A stretch of 64,000 bases of DNA from Octopus sinensis (lineage: Eukaryota), in the NCBI RefSeq assembly GCF_006345805.1, contig NC_043006.1, forward strand, positions 84,754,001 to 84,818,000. Reading direction: 5' to 3'. The notes below the pieces were generated by a model, which had not been told where the DNA came from, searched no databases, and saw only the letters and a program-made list of their open reading frames with translations. Shown piece by piece: positions 26,320 to 38,680 of the stretch; the first letter of the stretch is position 1, and each line of letters begins with the position of its first letter. Position numbers and translations under genes: made by a program.

Positions 26320-26445
26320 CAGATTTATATATATATAATGTGTGTGTATATACATGTATGTGTAATGTACAAATATAGATTTATATATATGTGTTTATAT
26401 ATACTTATATATAATATATATATACTTATATATAATGTGCAAGCA

Positions 26446-26486
<41 letters not shown>

Positions 26487-27044
26487 GAGAAGGAGACAAG
26501 TCCTGAAATCACATGTTTCAACTGATAAATATAATGAGTTTGGAGAAAAACAATTAATGAGAGATAGAGACAGAGATGCCATCACCACAGGATTTGTATC
26601 TGAACTTCATCTGGAACAATGCCAAATCTAAGAAGGAAATACTCAGAAGCTTAATCACTTTATCAGTACACAAAGTTATTTTGTATACTCGTGTGTGTGT
26701 GTGTGTGTGTGAACTAGGAGGTACGGCAGTAGAGTTGTTAGGGTTTGTGTTTCTAGGCCAATGAGATAAGGCCCATTATTACCTCATTTATATCAAGGAG
26801 TTTGTATGACGAGCTAACAAGAGAGGGAGAGAGTGAGGGAAGAGAGAGAGAGAGAGGAGAGAGTGAGGGAAGAGAGAGAGAGAGAGAGATGAGAGAGTGA
26901 GGGAAAAGAGAGAGAGAGAGAGCTGCCTTTATGCACTTACTCAATCAGCTAGAAATAGCAGATAAGTCCCTCTCAAAAATCACCCCTCCTATGATCTTAG
27001 AAAAAAGGAAGGACATTGGAATCATGTAGTCTTAACTGGCACTG

Positions 27045-27779
27045 TTGGTTATGATGATGAGGCTTCCAGTTGATGTGATCAACAGAACAGCCTGCTCATG
27101 AAATTATAGTGCAAGTGGTTGAGTGCTCCACAGACATGTGTGTCCGTAATGTATTTTCCAGGGAAATTCAGCATGTCACAGCAGAATGTGACAAGGTTAG
27201 CCCTTTTGAAATACAGATACAATTCATTTTCGCCAGCTGAGTGGACTGGAACATCATCCTCATTTAACATCCACCTTCCATGCTAGCATGGATCAGATGG
27301 TTTGACAGAAGCTGACCAAGTAGGAGCCTGCACCAGACTTCTGTGTCTGTTTTGGAATGGTTTTTACACCTGGATGCCCTTCCTAACACCCAACCACCCA
27401 GCAGAGTAGACTCAGTGCTTTTTACATGGCACCAGCACACGTGAGGTTAGTTTTGGCATGGTTTTTACAGCTGTATGCCCTTCTGAACACCAGCCACTTT
27501 ACAATATGGATTGGATGCTTTTGAATTGCACCAACACTGGTAGGGTCACCAAGAAATAACTTGCAAGACATACATCCTTTCATAGGAGAAGGGGCATTTG
27601 AGGAGGGGATCTTATGTCTGATAATGAAAAATTCAAATGTGACAGACAGAGATGCAGAAACATGTGTCTTGATGTAGAGGAATGTAAAATAAAGTTTCTT
27701 GCTCAAGGAAAAACACACTGCCAGGAATTGAACTCACGACCATGAGCCAAATACCCTAACCACTAAGCCATACGCCTTC
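27045..27779 (-). mobile_element. D-like SINE with a different tail, interrupted by an old family C copy (27255-27680)
   Basis: Head at 27683-27779 (cttgctcaagga...aaccactaagccat). Core ccagctgagtggactgga at 27233-27250. Confidence 0.6.
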
Positions 27780-28119
27780 ACCCATTATGAAGTCTTAGAT
27801 ACACATTAGCATCATCATCATCATCATCATCATCTTTGTCATTGTTTTAACATTTTAACAACCACTGTTCCAAACTTCGCATGGGTAAGATGTAGCTTGT
27901 TGAAGCAGATTTTTTTATGGTTGGATGCCCTTCCTGTCACCAACCCTTACTTGTTTCTGTACAAGATAATATTTCCCCATGATTGAGATTGCTTTTATGT
28001 TCCTATGGCCCTATTAGAGTCAGTTCCTTTGATCATTTTCAGAACTTGTAATATTTGTGAAAAGAAGGGCAGAAATCTTTAAGAAAGAGGGTTAGTTTAC
28101 ATTACTCCATAACAAGAAT

Positions 28120-28337
28120 ATAGCTGGTTTCCCAGTTTCTCCGGCTTGTATATATTCCTCCCTGGATGGGACACTAGTCCATCACTGGATTACTCATTTT
28201 TACAAATTGAGTGGACTGGAGCAGTATGAAATGAAGGGTTTTGCTCAAGAACACAACACAGTGCCCGGTACAGGAATGGAAACCACAATCTTATAATCAT
28301 GAGCCCAACACTCTAACCACTGAGCTATTCATCTCCA
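28120..28337 (-). mobile_element. D-like SINE with a V-domain-like tail
   Basis: Same head and core as D, but the minus strand continues gatggactagtgtcccatccaggg. Confidence 0.6.
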
Positions 28338-28860
28338 CTTTAAGCAAGAAGACTTAACAACATTAAGATCTCTGATTGTAATGAGTGAATAATTTTCAGT
28401 TCATTTAAATAATGAGTTTTAGGATCCTTGATTATAATAAATAGCTTCCATTGTCTATAATAGTATCATAGTAATGAAACAAAATGGTAACACTGCAGTT
28501 CATTTTTCTCTTTTCCATTCTCTTTTCTGTCTGATATTTATTCCAAATGAGAATTTATCATGTCAAAACAGATGGGAACAATATCTTGGAATGGAGTTTG
28601 GTTTCAGACACGAAATAAAGAATACAATAGAATGATAATGATTGGTTATGTGTAGAGATGCTGACATTAAAAATTTGGTACGTCGTAACTTTGTAGCTTA
28701 ACTGAAAATTAGTGTCCGAAGTAAACAGAAAGAATATCCGGGACTGAAACTAATTACATCGTTTGATAATTACTTGGAGATCGTTTCACTTGATTTTGTA
28801 CACAAGAACACATAAGCATAAATGATAAACATACACACCGATGTATAAGTATATATGTAT

Positions 28861-28900
<40 letters not shown>

Positions 28901-30254
28901 ACACACATATATATACATATGTACACAGAAATACACATACACACACACATATACTTATGTGATTATGTAAATCTACAGATATACAAATACATATACACAT
29001 TGTTGTATACACCTTTCCACTTACACAGATAACACACATTCATTCATAGAGACACACACATACACATAGAAACATACACACATACATGTGTACATTTATG
29101 TACAAATATTCATTCATATATATATATTCACACAAATACATACATATGCAAACATACACACATACACGCACAACCAGGCACAAAAATACAGACATATAGA
29201 AACATATATTCATTCATGCATACTCATGTACCTACACATATATGCACATACTTGCACACATACACACACAGACTACACACAGACAAAACACACATACACA
29301 CACACTGATTTAGACAAGCAAAAAGATGGAAACATACACGTAGACATACACACGTATATAGACAAACATATATTCATTCAAATATAAGCATATATAAATA
29401 CACACACATACATACATACACACATACAGACGTGAACTAGACACACACATACACAAACATACATTCATTCATTCATACTCACATACATACATATATATAT
29501 ATATATACATATATCTGCAAGCACACACACAGACAATCAAACACACATACACACACACAAACTGATGCAGACAAACAAATAGATGTATATAGACTCATAT
29601 ACATTGTCACACGTATCCTCACACATACACACAGAGACAAACATTCATTCATATAAATGCATATGCAAATATATCCACACACACACACACACACACACAC
29701 AGATGCAGACAAACCTAGAGAAGCAACAGATTCACAGCTATTTAACAACTCAACAAGAACACTGGTTGGTTTAGCAACAACCAGTCTTTTCGTCCTGTAG
29801 AATCGGTAAAGGAAGGCCACTGTTGCATAACATCCCACGTTGGGCGGTTGCCATAAGCCATACATAATGAGGCTTACCAATGTCAGACTGCTTAGCACTA
29901 AAGACTTCCAGCAATGAAGATTAACAGGAAAACAATACAACACCACCAACAACAATAATACCATCAATGACATCAATGAAGAAGCTTCTATGTGGTCATT
30001 CAGTCTGTTAGAGATCATAGTTAAACCTCCCTCATATTAAACTCTATGGAAGGTTATAGTAGGCAGAGTAATAAGGTAATTCACTGCTGTGTAACTGAAA
30101 AAAATACAAGATAAAGGATGAAGTAGTCATGGCTGGCTGGCTGGAATACTATTCTGCAGAGACCTGAATAAGTGGAAATCTGAAGGAGCAAAATCTGGTG
30201 AATATGGAAGGTGCTACCCCATCTGATCAATACTACATTGATCTGATGGGGTAG

Positions 30255-31470
30255 CACTGACTGAGGAGACAAAATGAGGTTGAAACACCGGCATCTCAAA
30301 GTCTCCTTACACCAATGAATTGTGTGTTGTGAATGCATATTGTCTAAAGGGTGGAGGTGTTCACTGGTGATGAGAAACAATAGCAATCAGATATTTACAT
30401 GTGAATCTGCAAGAACATATTAAGCATGAATGATCATCATCATTATCATTTAACGTCTGTTGTTGACGCTGGCATGGGTTGGATGATTTGACCAGGACTG
30501 GCAAGCTGAGGGGCTATACCAGACGAATCTGATTTGGTACAGTTTTTACAGCTGAATGCTCTTACTAATGCCAACCACTGCTAGAGTGTAAAGGGTGCTT
30601 TTCGTGTGCTACCGGGTGCCAGTTGTGTGACACCAATATCTGCCACGTCTATGATTTCACTTGGCTTGATGGGTCTTCTACTCAAGCACAGCATATTGCC
30701 AACGGTCTCAGCCATTTATCATTCTCTTCCTGAGGCCCAACACTCAAAAGATATAGATATATTATTGTTTGGATTCTTGTTGTTTTACATGCATTCCATG
30801 AATTATTATCTGTTTGTAAAACATTGGCATGCATCAGCAAATCATCTGTTTATCGGTTTTTATACATAAGAGCCAGTAATCTTCTTAAATCTATTAATCC
30901 AGGTCTAGCTTTGACTGAGGAGACACAATAAGGCTGAAACACCATGATTGTCTAAAAAAGAATCCCCTTATACTGGTGAATTGCATTTGTTATGAACATA
31001 CATTGTTTAAAGGGGGAGTACTCTCTGATGATGAAAAACAACAGCAATTGGCATATTCATGTTTGAATCTGCCAGAATATAATGAGAATGAATAGGTACA
31101 CTATCGTTTGGATTCTTATTGTCTGTATCTGCATGTACCCCATGAACTATTTTCTGTCTGGCAGACATCTACATACATCAACAAATGATTTGTTTATTGA
31201 TTCCTATAAAAAAAGAACTCATACTCTTGTCAAATTCAGCAGTCTGGTGAGGTTGCTTTGACTTGGGAGACATACAACAATGTTGAAACACTGCAGTATC
31301 TCAAAGTCCTCTTACACTGACGAATCATGTGCTATGAACATACACAGTATAAAGGGAGGAGGTATTCTCTGATGAGGAAAAACAACAGCAATCAGCATGT
31401 TCACATTTGAGCCTGCCAGTACATATTGGTTTGGATTTTTGTTGTTCTGCCTGTATCTCATAAATTATTA
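30255..31470. repeat. Ancient ~345-bp tandem repeat (about 2.5-3 units), interrupted by a family C copy at 30433-30745
   Basis: gactgaggagaca...tgaaacac...ctgatga.gaaaaacaacagcaat recurs at ~30260, ~30913 and ~31260. Confidence 0.75.
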
Positions 31471-31734
31471 TAACATGTTTATTTATTTTTTTTTTTGAAT
31501 ACCTTGAAAGTTTTCATGCAACTTCCATGACCCTAGCTGAGAAGCTGTGGTTGTGATCTTCTGAAATGAACGATATGGCAGATAGCTGTTGTAGATGGTG
31601 GTGGGGTTAGCTGGTAAGTGGTCTATAGTTGCAGGTGTGGATACAATCACCATTACGTTTTACATAAATAATCCCAGGTCAATTAAAGCAAAGAGCATAG
31701 CTTCATCATCATCACCAACAGCAGCATTTTTAGT

Positions 31735-32095
31735 GGAGGCGCAATGGCTCAATGGTTAGGGCAGCGGACTCGCGGTCGGAGGGTCGCGGTTTCAATTCCC
31801 AGACCAGGTGTTGTGTGTGTTTATTGATTGAAAACAACTAAAGCTCCACGAGGCTCCAGCAGGGGGTGGTGGCGACCCCTGTTGTACTCTTTCACTCCAA
31901 CTTTCTCTCACTCTTTCTTCCTGTTTCTTGTCTCCGACTTCCTATGCAACCACTGAGCCTGGATGCGCATTCATCCATTCGTCGATGCTCTCGGTGTCAG
32001 GGGTTGACCTGCTTTCTCTTCTGCAGGTCTTACGAATAGCAAAGGACCATGTTTCGGACTTCTCCCACTCTGGGACGAAGACCGCTTCATTCAAC
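31735..32095 (+). mobile_element. tRNA-derived SINE, family E (tail type 1)
   Basis: ggaggcgcaatggctcaatggttagggcagcggactcgcggtcg...ggtttcaattcccagacc, ending in (CAA)/(CAAA)n. Confidence 0.8.
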
Positions 32096-32639
32096 AACAA
32101 ACAAACAAACAAACAAACAAACAAACAGCAGCAGCATATTTATCATTTAATGCTTTTTTTCCATGCTAGTAGGAGTCGGATGGTTTCAATGGATCCAATA
32201 AGCCAGAGGATAGCTTCAAGTTCCAATATTTATTTTAGCATAATTTCTAGCTGGATGCCCTTCCTCATCCTAACATCAACCACCTTACAGAATACACTAG
32301 TTGCTTTCTACATAGCACCAACACTAGTGAGGTCACCAAGTAAACTGCAAGATAAGGAAAACAACCTTTTGACTGAGTAGAGTTGTAGGAGAGCGTGAGG
32401 TGGCTTTATACTGTGTAAAGATCAATAAATGGATAGACACCAGTATCTTACTACAGAGGAGACAGATAGCTACCTCGCATTACATAAGGGAATGCGGGGA
32501 ATAGTTGGAAGGAAGAAACAGATGATGGCAGCAATGTGTTGGAAGACATTCTCAAGATACAAGAAAGTGAGTATAAGAGGGACTGTGGACAGAGAATCAG
32601 ATAGGGTGAGTAGGTAAGTTCATTTGACGATAAGAAGAG

Positions 32640-33100
32640 ATTGACCACCATCACTACTGTCACTACTAATAGTACAACTATCCCTACTAGCAACAACAAT
32701 AGCAACATCAATATCAACACTGATGAGGCAAGTGGAAATGATGGTTCTGTCTGACAATCCCCTGCCTCCCTCCTCTTCCTCAACCTTCTCCCTCATTCGC
32801 ATCCTCCTCATCATCATCATCGTTACAGCCACCATCACCACCCCACCAACACCACTGCCACCACCACTGGCACCGGCATCATCATCATTACCACCAACAT
32901 CACTGTCATCATCATCATCCCCATCATCATCATCATCATCACCATCGTTATTGTTCTTATCATCAACTATTACTACCACCAACACCACTATCATCGTCAT
33001 CATCATCATCAAGATCATCATTATCATCCACACCACCACTGTTACCACAGCTCTGGCCACCACCACCACCACCACCATCACCACCACCACCATCATAACC
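32640..33100. repeat. Degenerate (CAT)/(CAC) tract
   Basis: Directly visible. Confidence 0.9.
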
Positions 33101-33996
33101 ATAAAACCCAAAATAGTAAGATTACAAAAATTTCAGAAACAAAACCTCACTGCATGTTGTAAAAGGAAGAGAGAGAGAGAGAGAGAGTGTGTGTGTGTGT
33201 GTGTATGCGTGAGCAAGGGAAATATGATGACATATTCATTAATAAATCTTTATCGTTAGTGAAGTAGTAATCAATACAACGAGACCAATTGGAAACGGTT
33301 CGTTTGTTTGATGTCTGCATTTCTTTGAAGAGAGGGAACTGGAGAGGAAAGCAGAACAACAAAAAAAACCCAATAAAATACTAAAAAATAAGATAGTTGT
33401 TGTTTTATATATACACACACCACACACATATATATATAGATAGATAGATATCGATATAGCCTTACTACTACTACTACTGATGCAGCTGCTTGTACTACCA
33501 CTACTTTTACAGTAATCCCCACCATCATCACAACAGCCAATACCAACACCACTACTACTACTACTATGATTTGTTTATTTGTTTAATGTCCATTTTTCCA
33601 TGTTAGCATGGGTTAAATAGGAAGTTATGAGACAAGATTTTTCGTGGTCAGATGCTCTTCCTGTCACCAACCCTTATTGAGTTTCCAAATAAGAGAATTC
33701 TTATTACAAAGGTTTTCAAAACTGCAATGCCACTGACCATAATGTCAATATTTACACACACACACGCACACATAGATAGGGAGACAGACACATAACCTCC
33801 ATTTGTTAACATGGGCCTCCTAACAACAAAGTCAACTTCATATAGTCAAGATACCATTGGCCTGAAAAGTAGCCTGTGGTATTCACCTCACCTGGATATT
33901 CACTACATTCAAGGTTCTGCTCTCTATGAAACATATATAGCCTGGATTTTATCTACTCCATTCCTTAACTTTTGGATACACACACACACACACACA

Positions 33997-35173
33997 CAGG
34001 ATGCGTAAGGTATTTGAGGACATGCCTTTTTTGGATCATTGTTGCAAGTTTTGCTAACTCTGTATAATCTTTGTTTCAGAAAATAATAATGGCAGATCCT
34101 CAGCTTACTCAAGAAATGAAGAGGCATGCTGTTATTGTGGTTATAAAGGCTAAGGGAATAGCTATTTAGAAATATCTTGAGTCTTAAAAGTTGCCAGGTC
34201 TTTCGTCTACAAAGTTTGTAAGGAGTTAGAGACTGAAGCTGGAAATGTATCACCAGTATCAAAGTATAAAAAGCATTTTAAATGCTCTGAAATCATCAGA
34301 ACACCTGAATTTATCCAACAAGTTCAACAGACCATTGATTACCATTCCAGAAAGTCCATGAGATCAATTGCAAAAGGACTCCATGTGTCAGAAGGAACAG
34401 TCAGAAATGTTGCCACAAAGACATTAGATGCAAGTCTTATATGATGAGGAAAGGTTAATTTGTCAGAAAACCAAAAGAAAATCACTACATCAGATCTAAA
34501 AGACTCTTAAACAAACTGAAAAATCCAGCAGAAGAAGATTTGATTTGGCTTTTCTCAAATGAGAAAAACTTCGACCAAGATCAAAAAGTTAACAGAAGAA
34601 ATGATAGATGGTTATGTGCAGAACCGTCTGAAGTTGCAAGTGTTACGGATTCAAAATTTCCTGCAACTGTCATGGTTTTAGGGGTTGTCAGCAACAAAGG
34701 ACATGTGATGCCTCCTTACTTTTTTCCACAAGGCCTTAGTGTTAACTCTGCCACCTACACTGAGGTCCTGGAAACAATTGTTAAGCCCTGGGTAGATAGT
34801 GTCTGCAATGGAACGCCATATGCACAATCACACATGACTCTAGTAACACAGGAATGGATGGCTGAAAATTTTCATGATCACATAACCCCTAACATTTGGC
34901 CTCCTAATTCCCTAGATTTCAATCCATTAGACTATTACATGTGGTGCGTTGTTGAGAGAGAGGTCAATGAACACACCCATAACACCAAAGATTCTTTGAA
35001 AGCTAACATAGAATAATGTCCAAAATGGACAAGGACCACTTGATTCGAGCATGTAGATGATTTAGATCTCATATAGAAGCAGTTGTTGAAGATGAAGGTG
35101 GCTTTATTGAAAAACATTACATATATCTGATTTTTTATAAACATAAATTTGTACTCATATATCTTACACACTG
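33997..35173 (+). mobile_element. maT/DD37D-type Tc1/mariner transposon, near full length, decayed
   Basis: Imperfect TIRs (caggatgcgtaaggtatttgaggaca versus reverse complement cagtgtgtaagatatatgagtaca). Broken transposase from MADPQLTQEMKRHAV (34089) through FSNEKNFDQDQKVNRRNDRW, VMVLGVVS and WPPNSLDFNPLDYYMW. The second-Asp segment is deleted. Confidence 0.85.
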
Positions 35174-35188
35174 TATATATAGCAAAAA

Positions 35189-35226
35189 CTGTCTGATGAA
35201 CGGCAACGAGAAACTCAGAGTAACAG
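35189..35226 (+). ncRNA. Minimal type I hammerhead ribozyme motif (Penelope-like type)
   Basis: ctgt-CTGATGA-acg gcaa cga-GAAA-ctc a gag-TA-acag. Stem I ctgt/acag, stem III actc/gagt, GUA cleavage triplet. The basal stem II pair is mismatched (A.A). Confidence 0.65.
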
Positions 35227-35252
35227 ATTTTGTTGAATTTTCTGCTGCTTTA

Positions 35253-35297
<45 letters not shown>

Positions 35298-35298
<1 letters not shown>

Positions 35299-36590
35299 GA
35301 GGGGCGTTCAATAAGTAATGCCCCTGACCCACTTCCCATAGCAGTAGAGGAACGAAACTTGGCACAGTTATTAGTCTTTTCCTACATAGGAAGCACCCAG
35401 AGTTACGCATTTCTCCCATCGTTTGATGCAGCTCTGAAGACCGTTTTTGTAGAAGACCCCAGCTTGGTCCTCCAACCACGACGTGACTTCAGAAATCAAG
35501 GCTGCATCACCTGGGAAACGTTTTCCTTTCAAAAACAACTTCATGGCTGGGAAGAGGTGAAAATCAGAGGGTGCAAGGTCAAGAGAGTAGGGGGATGGGG
35601 GAGGAGATCATAGCCGCACGCCTGTGCTTCTGATCTGGTGACACGCGAGTTGTGGACCGGAGCGTTGTCCTGCAGGAGGAGGATGCCTTTGCTGATCTTT
35701 CCCAGTCTCTTGATTTTGAGGATCTCTTTCTATTCCTCAAAAATGAAGCATAATAGGCTCCTGTAATTGTGGTACACTTTGCCAGGAAATCTGTCATCAA
35801 ACTCCATCCTGGTCCCAGAAGACTGTGAGTATGTCCTTGCCAGCAGAGGGCTGCACCTTGTCTTCTTTGGAGGAGGTGAGTCACGGTGCTTCCCTTGCAT
35901 TGACTGGGATTTGGTCTCTGGGATTTGGATCATAGTGATGGACCCAGATTTCATCGTGTGCAATCAGTCTTTTGAAAAAGTTTGACTCATCTTCTTGGCA
36001 CATCTCCAAATTCATCCTCGTGCACTCGACGCGTTCTTGCTTCTGAAAAGGTGTGAACAACCTGGAAATCCATCTGGAAGACAACCTTTGCATATGCAAA
36101 GGGTCATGAATGATAGTTTCCACAGACCCGGTACTAATCTTGACCTAATGGGCTATTTGGCGAATAGTTATGCGCCAATCTTCCAAAATTGCAGCCTCAA
36201 CTTGACGGACAGATGCCTCATCAATGGCAGAAGGGGGCGACCAGATCTGGGAGCCTTTTCCACAGAGTTCCGACCATGTTTGAATTCACGATGCCAGCGT
36301 TTTACAAGGTCATATGATGGGGCATCATCACCATAAGTTACTTTCATTTCATCAAAAGTCTCCCATGGTGTGCGTCTTTCAAATACAAAAAACGGATCAC
36401 TGCTCGACACTCTAAAGGCTCCATTTCACACTTGACAAGTTCAAACACCTGGAAATCAGAAACGACAATTAGTTCAGAGCTGTAATTCACCATGTAATCT
36501 ATAGAGATATGAATAATTGCACATGCAAAATTTCAGCAAGATCAATCAACTGCAAGTGGGTCAGGAGCATTACTTATTGAACGTCCCTCG
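35298..36590 (-). mobile_element. Full-length mariner (DD34D) transposon, 1293 bp, frameshifted transposase
   Basis: ~37-bp TIRs (cgaggggcgttcaataagtaatgcccctgacccactt, 2 mismatches) with TA on both sides. Motifs RWISRLFT (WVPRLLT), HDEIWVHHYDP, LLQDNAPVH and DLAPSDFHLF are spread over several frames. Confidence 0.93.
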
Positions 36591-36624
36591 TATAATCATT
36601 ATCATTCATATATCTATCTATCTA

Positions 36625-36694
<70 letters not shown>

Positions 36695-37195
36695 TACACA
36701 GATACATTCTCATCCACTCACAGACACATACATATGCATGCATACATACAATGAATTTCCATATTCTTTTCATGTACCAATTCTGCTTTCTGTGCATTAG
36801 ACATCCTAGAGCTGTGGTTTATAGACACTTGTCCAAGGTGCTAAACAATGGAATTGAACCATATGGTTTACAAAGTGAAATTCCTAACCACACAGTCATG
36901 CCAGCACCTGAAACCACATCACATTTAGTTTGAACGTCTTTGATCTTGTTAAATATGGTCACATTTGAAAAGATCAAAGACAATCAATATCGCTGTTATG
37001 GTGTCTCTAAAGAAACGCAAAAAACAAAAATTATGAAATGTGAAAGATTACATTGATATACAAATGTATGTCAAATATTGAGTACGAAGTTTAAAGGAAG
37101 GCTACTTCGTTTGAACCCTGCCATCAAGGGAAACAATTTACCAGTGTATGTGTTCAGGTACATGTGTATATGTAAATGAATGTGTGTGTGTGTGT

Positions 37196-37462
37196 ATTAT
37201 AATTTAGGGTATCTAGAGATACCTCCACGCTGGAAATAGCAACCAAAACTTGACTCTAAAAACACATTAAATGTTTTAGTCTCTAGCTCCTTACAAACTT
37301 CGTGGTTTTAGAGTCAAGTTTTGGCTGCTATTTCCAGCATGGAGGTATCTCTTAGATACCCTAAATTATAATTTTAATAATAATTATTACCTTTGAAGGT
37401 TTTTATTCCCATGTTGACCGCTTGATAAGATTGATATTTAAATTAAAGATCTTATCCTTATA
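37196..37462. mobile_element. Microsatellite-embedded fold-back element, ~70-bp arms
   Basis: 37196-37265 and 37302-37372 form a near-perfect inverted repeat, plus a one-sided extension. Confidence 0.65.
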
Positions 37463-37489
37463 ATATATATGTATGTATATATGTACATC

Positions 37490-37775
37490 AACATAAAAAA
37501 TCAATGGAAATTGTAGTTGTAATCCCTGTGCCAGTAGCACATAAAAAGCACCATCCAAACGTGGCTGATGCCAGCGCTGCCTCGACTGGCTTCCGTGCCA
37601 GTGGCACATAAAAAGCACCCACTACACCCACGGAGTGGTTGGCATTAGGAAGGGCATCCAGCTTTAGAAACACTGCCAGATCAGACTGGAGCCTGGTGCA
37701 GCCTTCTGGCTTCCCAGACCCCGGTCGAACCGTCCAACCCATGCTAGCATGGAAAACGGATGTTAAACGATGATA
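37490..37775 (+). mobile_element. Family C (RTE 3' end)
   Basis: Canonical 3' end with a short (GAT)n running into (TA)n. Confidence 0.8.
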
Positions 37776-37780
37776 TATAT

Positions 37781-37842
<62 letters not shown>

Positions 37843-38109
37843 TCCACACACACTTACAAACATATATATAGTGAGAGAGAGAGAGAAAGAGAGAGCATAA
37901 GAGATTACATAAAGGAGAAGAGAACAAGAAATTATATGATGGACTTTATGAAGTCCATTACATAATTATTTGTCTCTTTATCATCTATATAATTTCTTAT
38001 TACGCTCTGTGCTCAACTAATGTCTTTTTCTGAAGCATATGTATATTGAGTTCTACCCAGCTTATTGCCACACATAAACAAAGCATGTATATATATATTC
38101 ATATATGTA

Positions 38110-38342
38110 TCTTTGTTTATGTATTAAGGCTACAATTGGTTTCATGTTAAAACAATTATCTTAATATCTTAACAATCTTTCAAGCCAATCACATGGAGGA
38201 ATGGTGTTCATCTCCATTGAAAAACTGTTAAGATATTAAGATAATTTTCTCAACATAAAAACAATGTTCACCTTATTACACAAATAAAGAAATTTTATCC
38301 ACAAATGCAGAATTGATCACTTATTCTTGTTGTTCAAAATTT
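38110..38342. mobile_element. Older (TA)n-embedded fold-back element
   Basis: Perfect 21-bp core at 38154-38174 / 38226-38246 inside ~70-bp diverged arms. Confidence 0.6.
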
Positions 38343-38366
38343 ATATATATATATATATATATATGT

Positions 38367-38402
<36 letters not shown>

Positions 38403-38479
38403 CATATTGTTGTTGTGTTTTCTCTTTGTGTTCTCATGTTTGGATTAACTAACTATGTGTGTATATATATATATATATA

Positions 38480-38680
38480 GGGATAGTTTACGAAAAAAAC
38501 AAAAGACGAAGACAGGTGGTGTACAAAACAAACAGGTGTATTAGTATGACGCTCAGGAATAGAAAAAGTCTTTTACGTTTTGACCCTATGCTCTTCTACA
38601 GAAAGGTACACAGAAAAAACAAGGAGAGAAACAAGGAAAGAAAAAAAGGAGAGACAAAAAGGAGAGAAGGAGAGAAAAAT
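38480..38680 (-). mobile_element. Second copy of the 5812-6012 microsatellite-embedded family
   Basis: Clear similarity to 5812-5960. Confidence 0.55.

Noticed and set aside
31735-31810. tRNA gene (also the A, B and D heads)
   Set aside because: A and B boxes are present but there is no proper acceptor stem or terminator, and the sequence runs on into SINE bodies.
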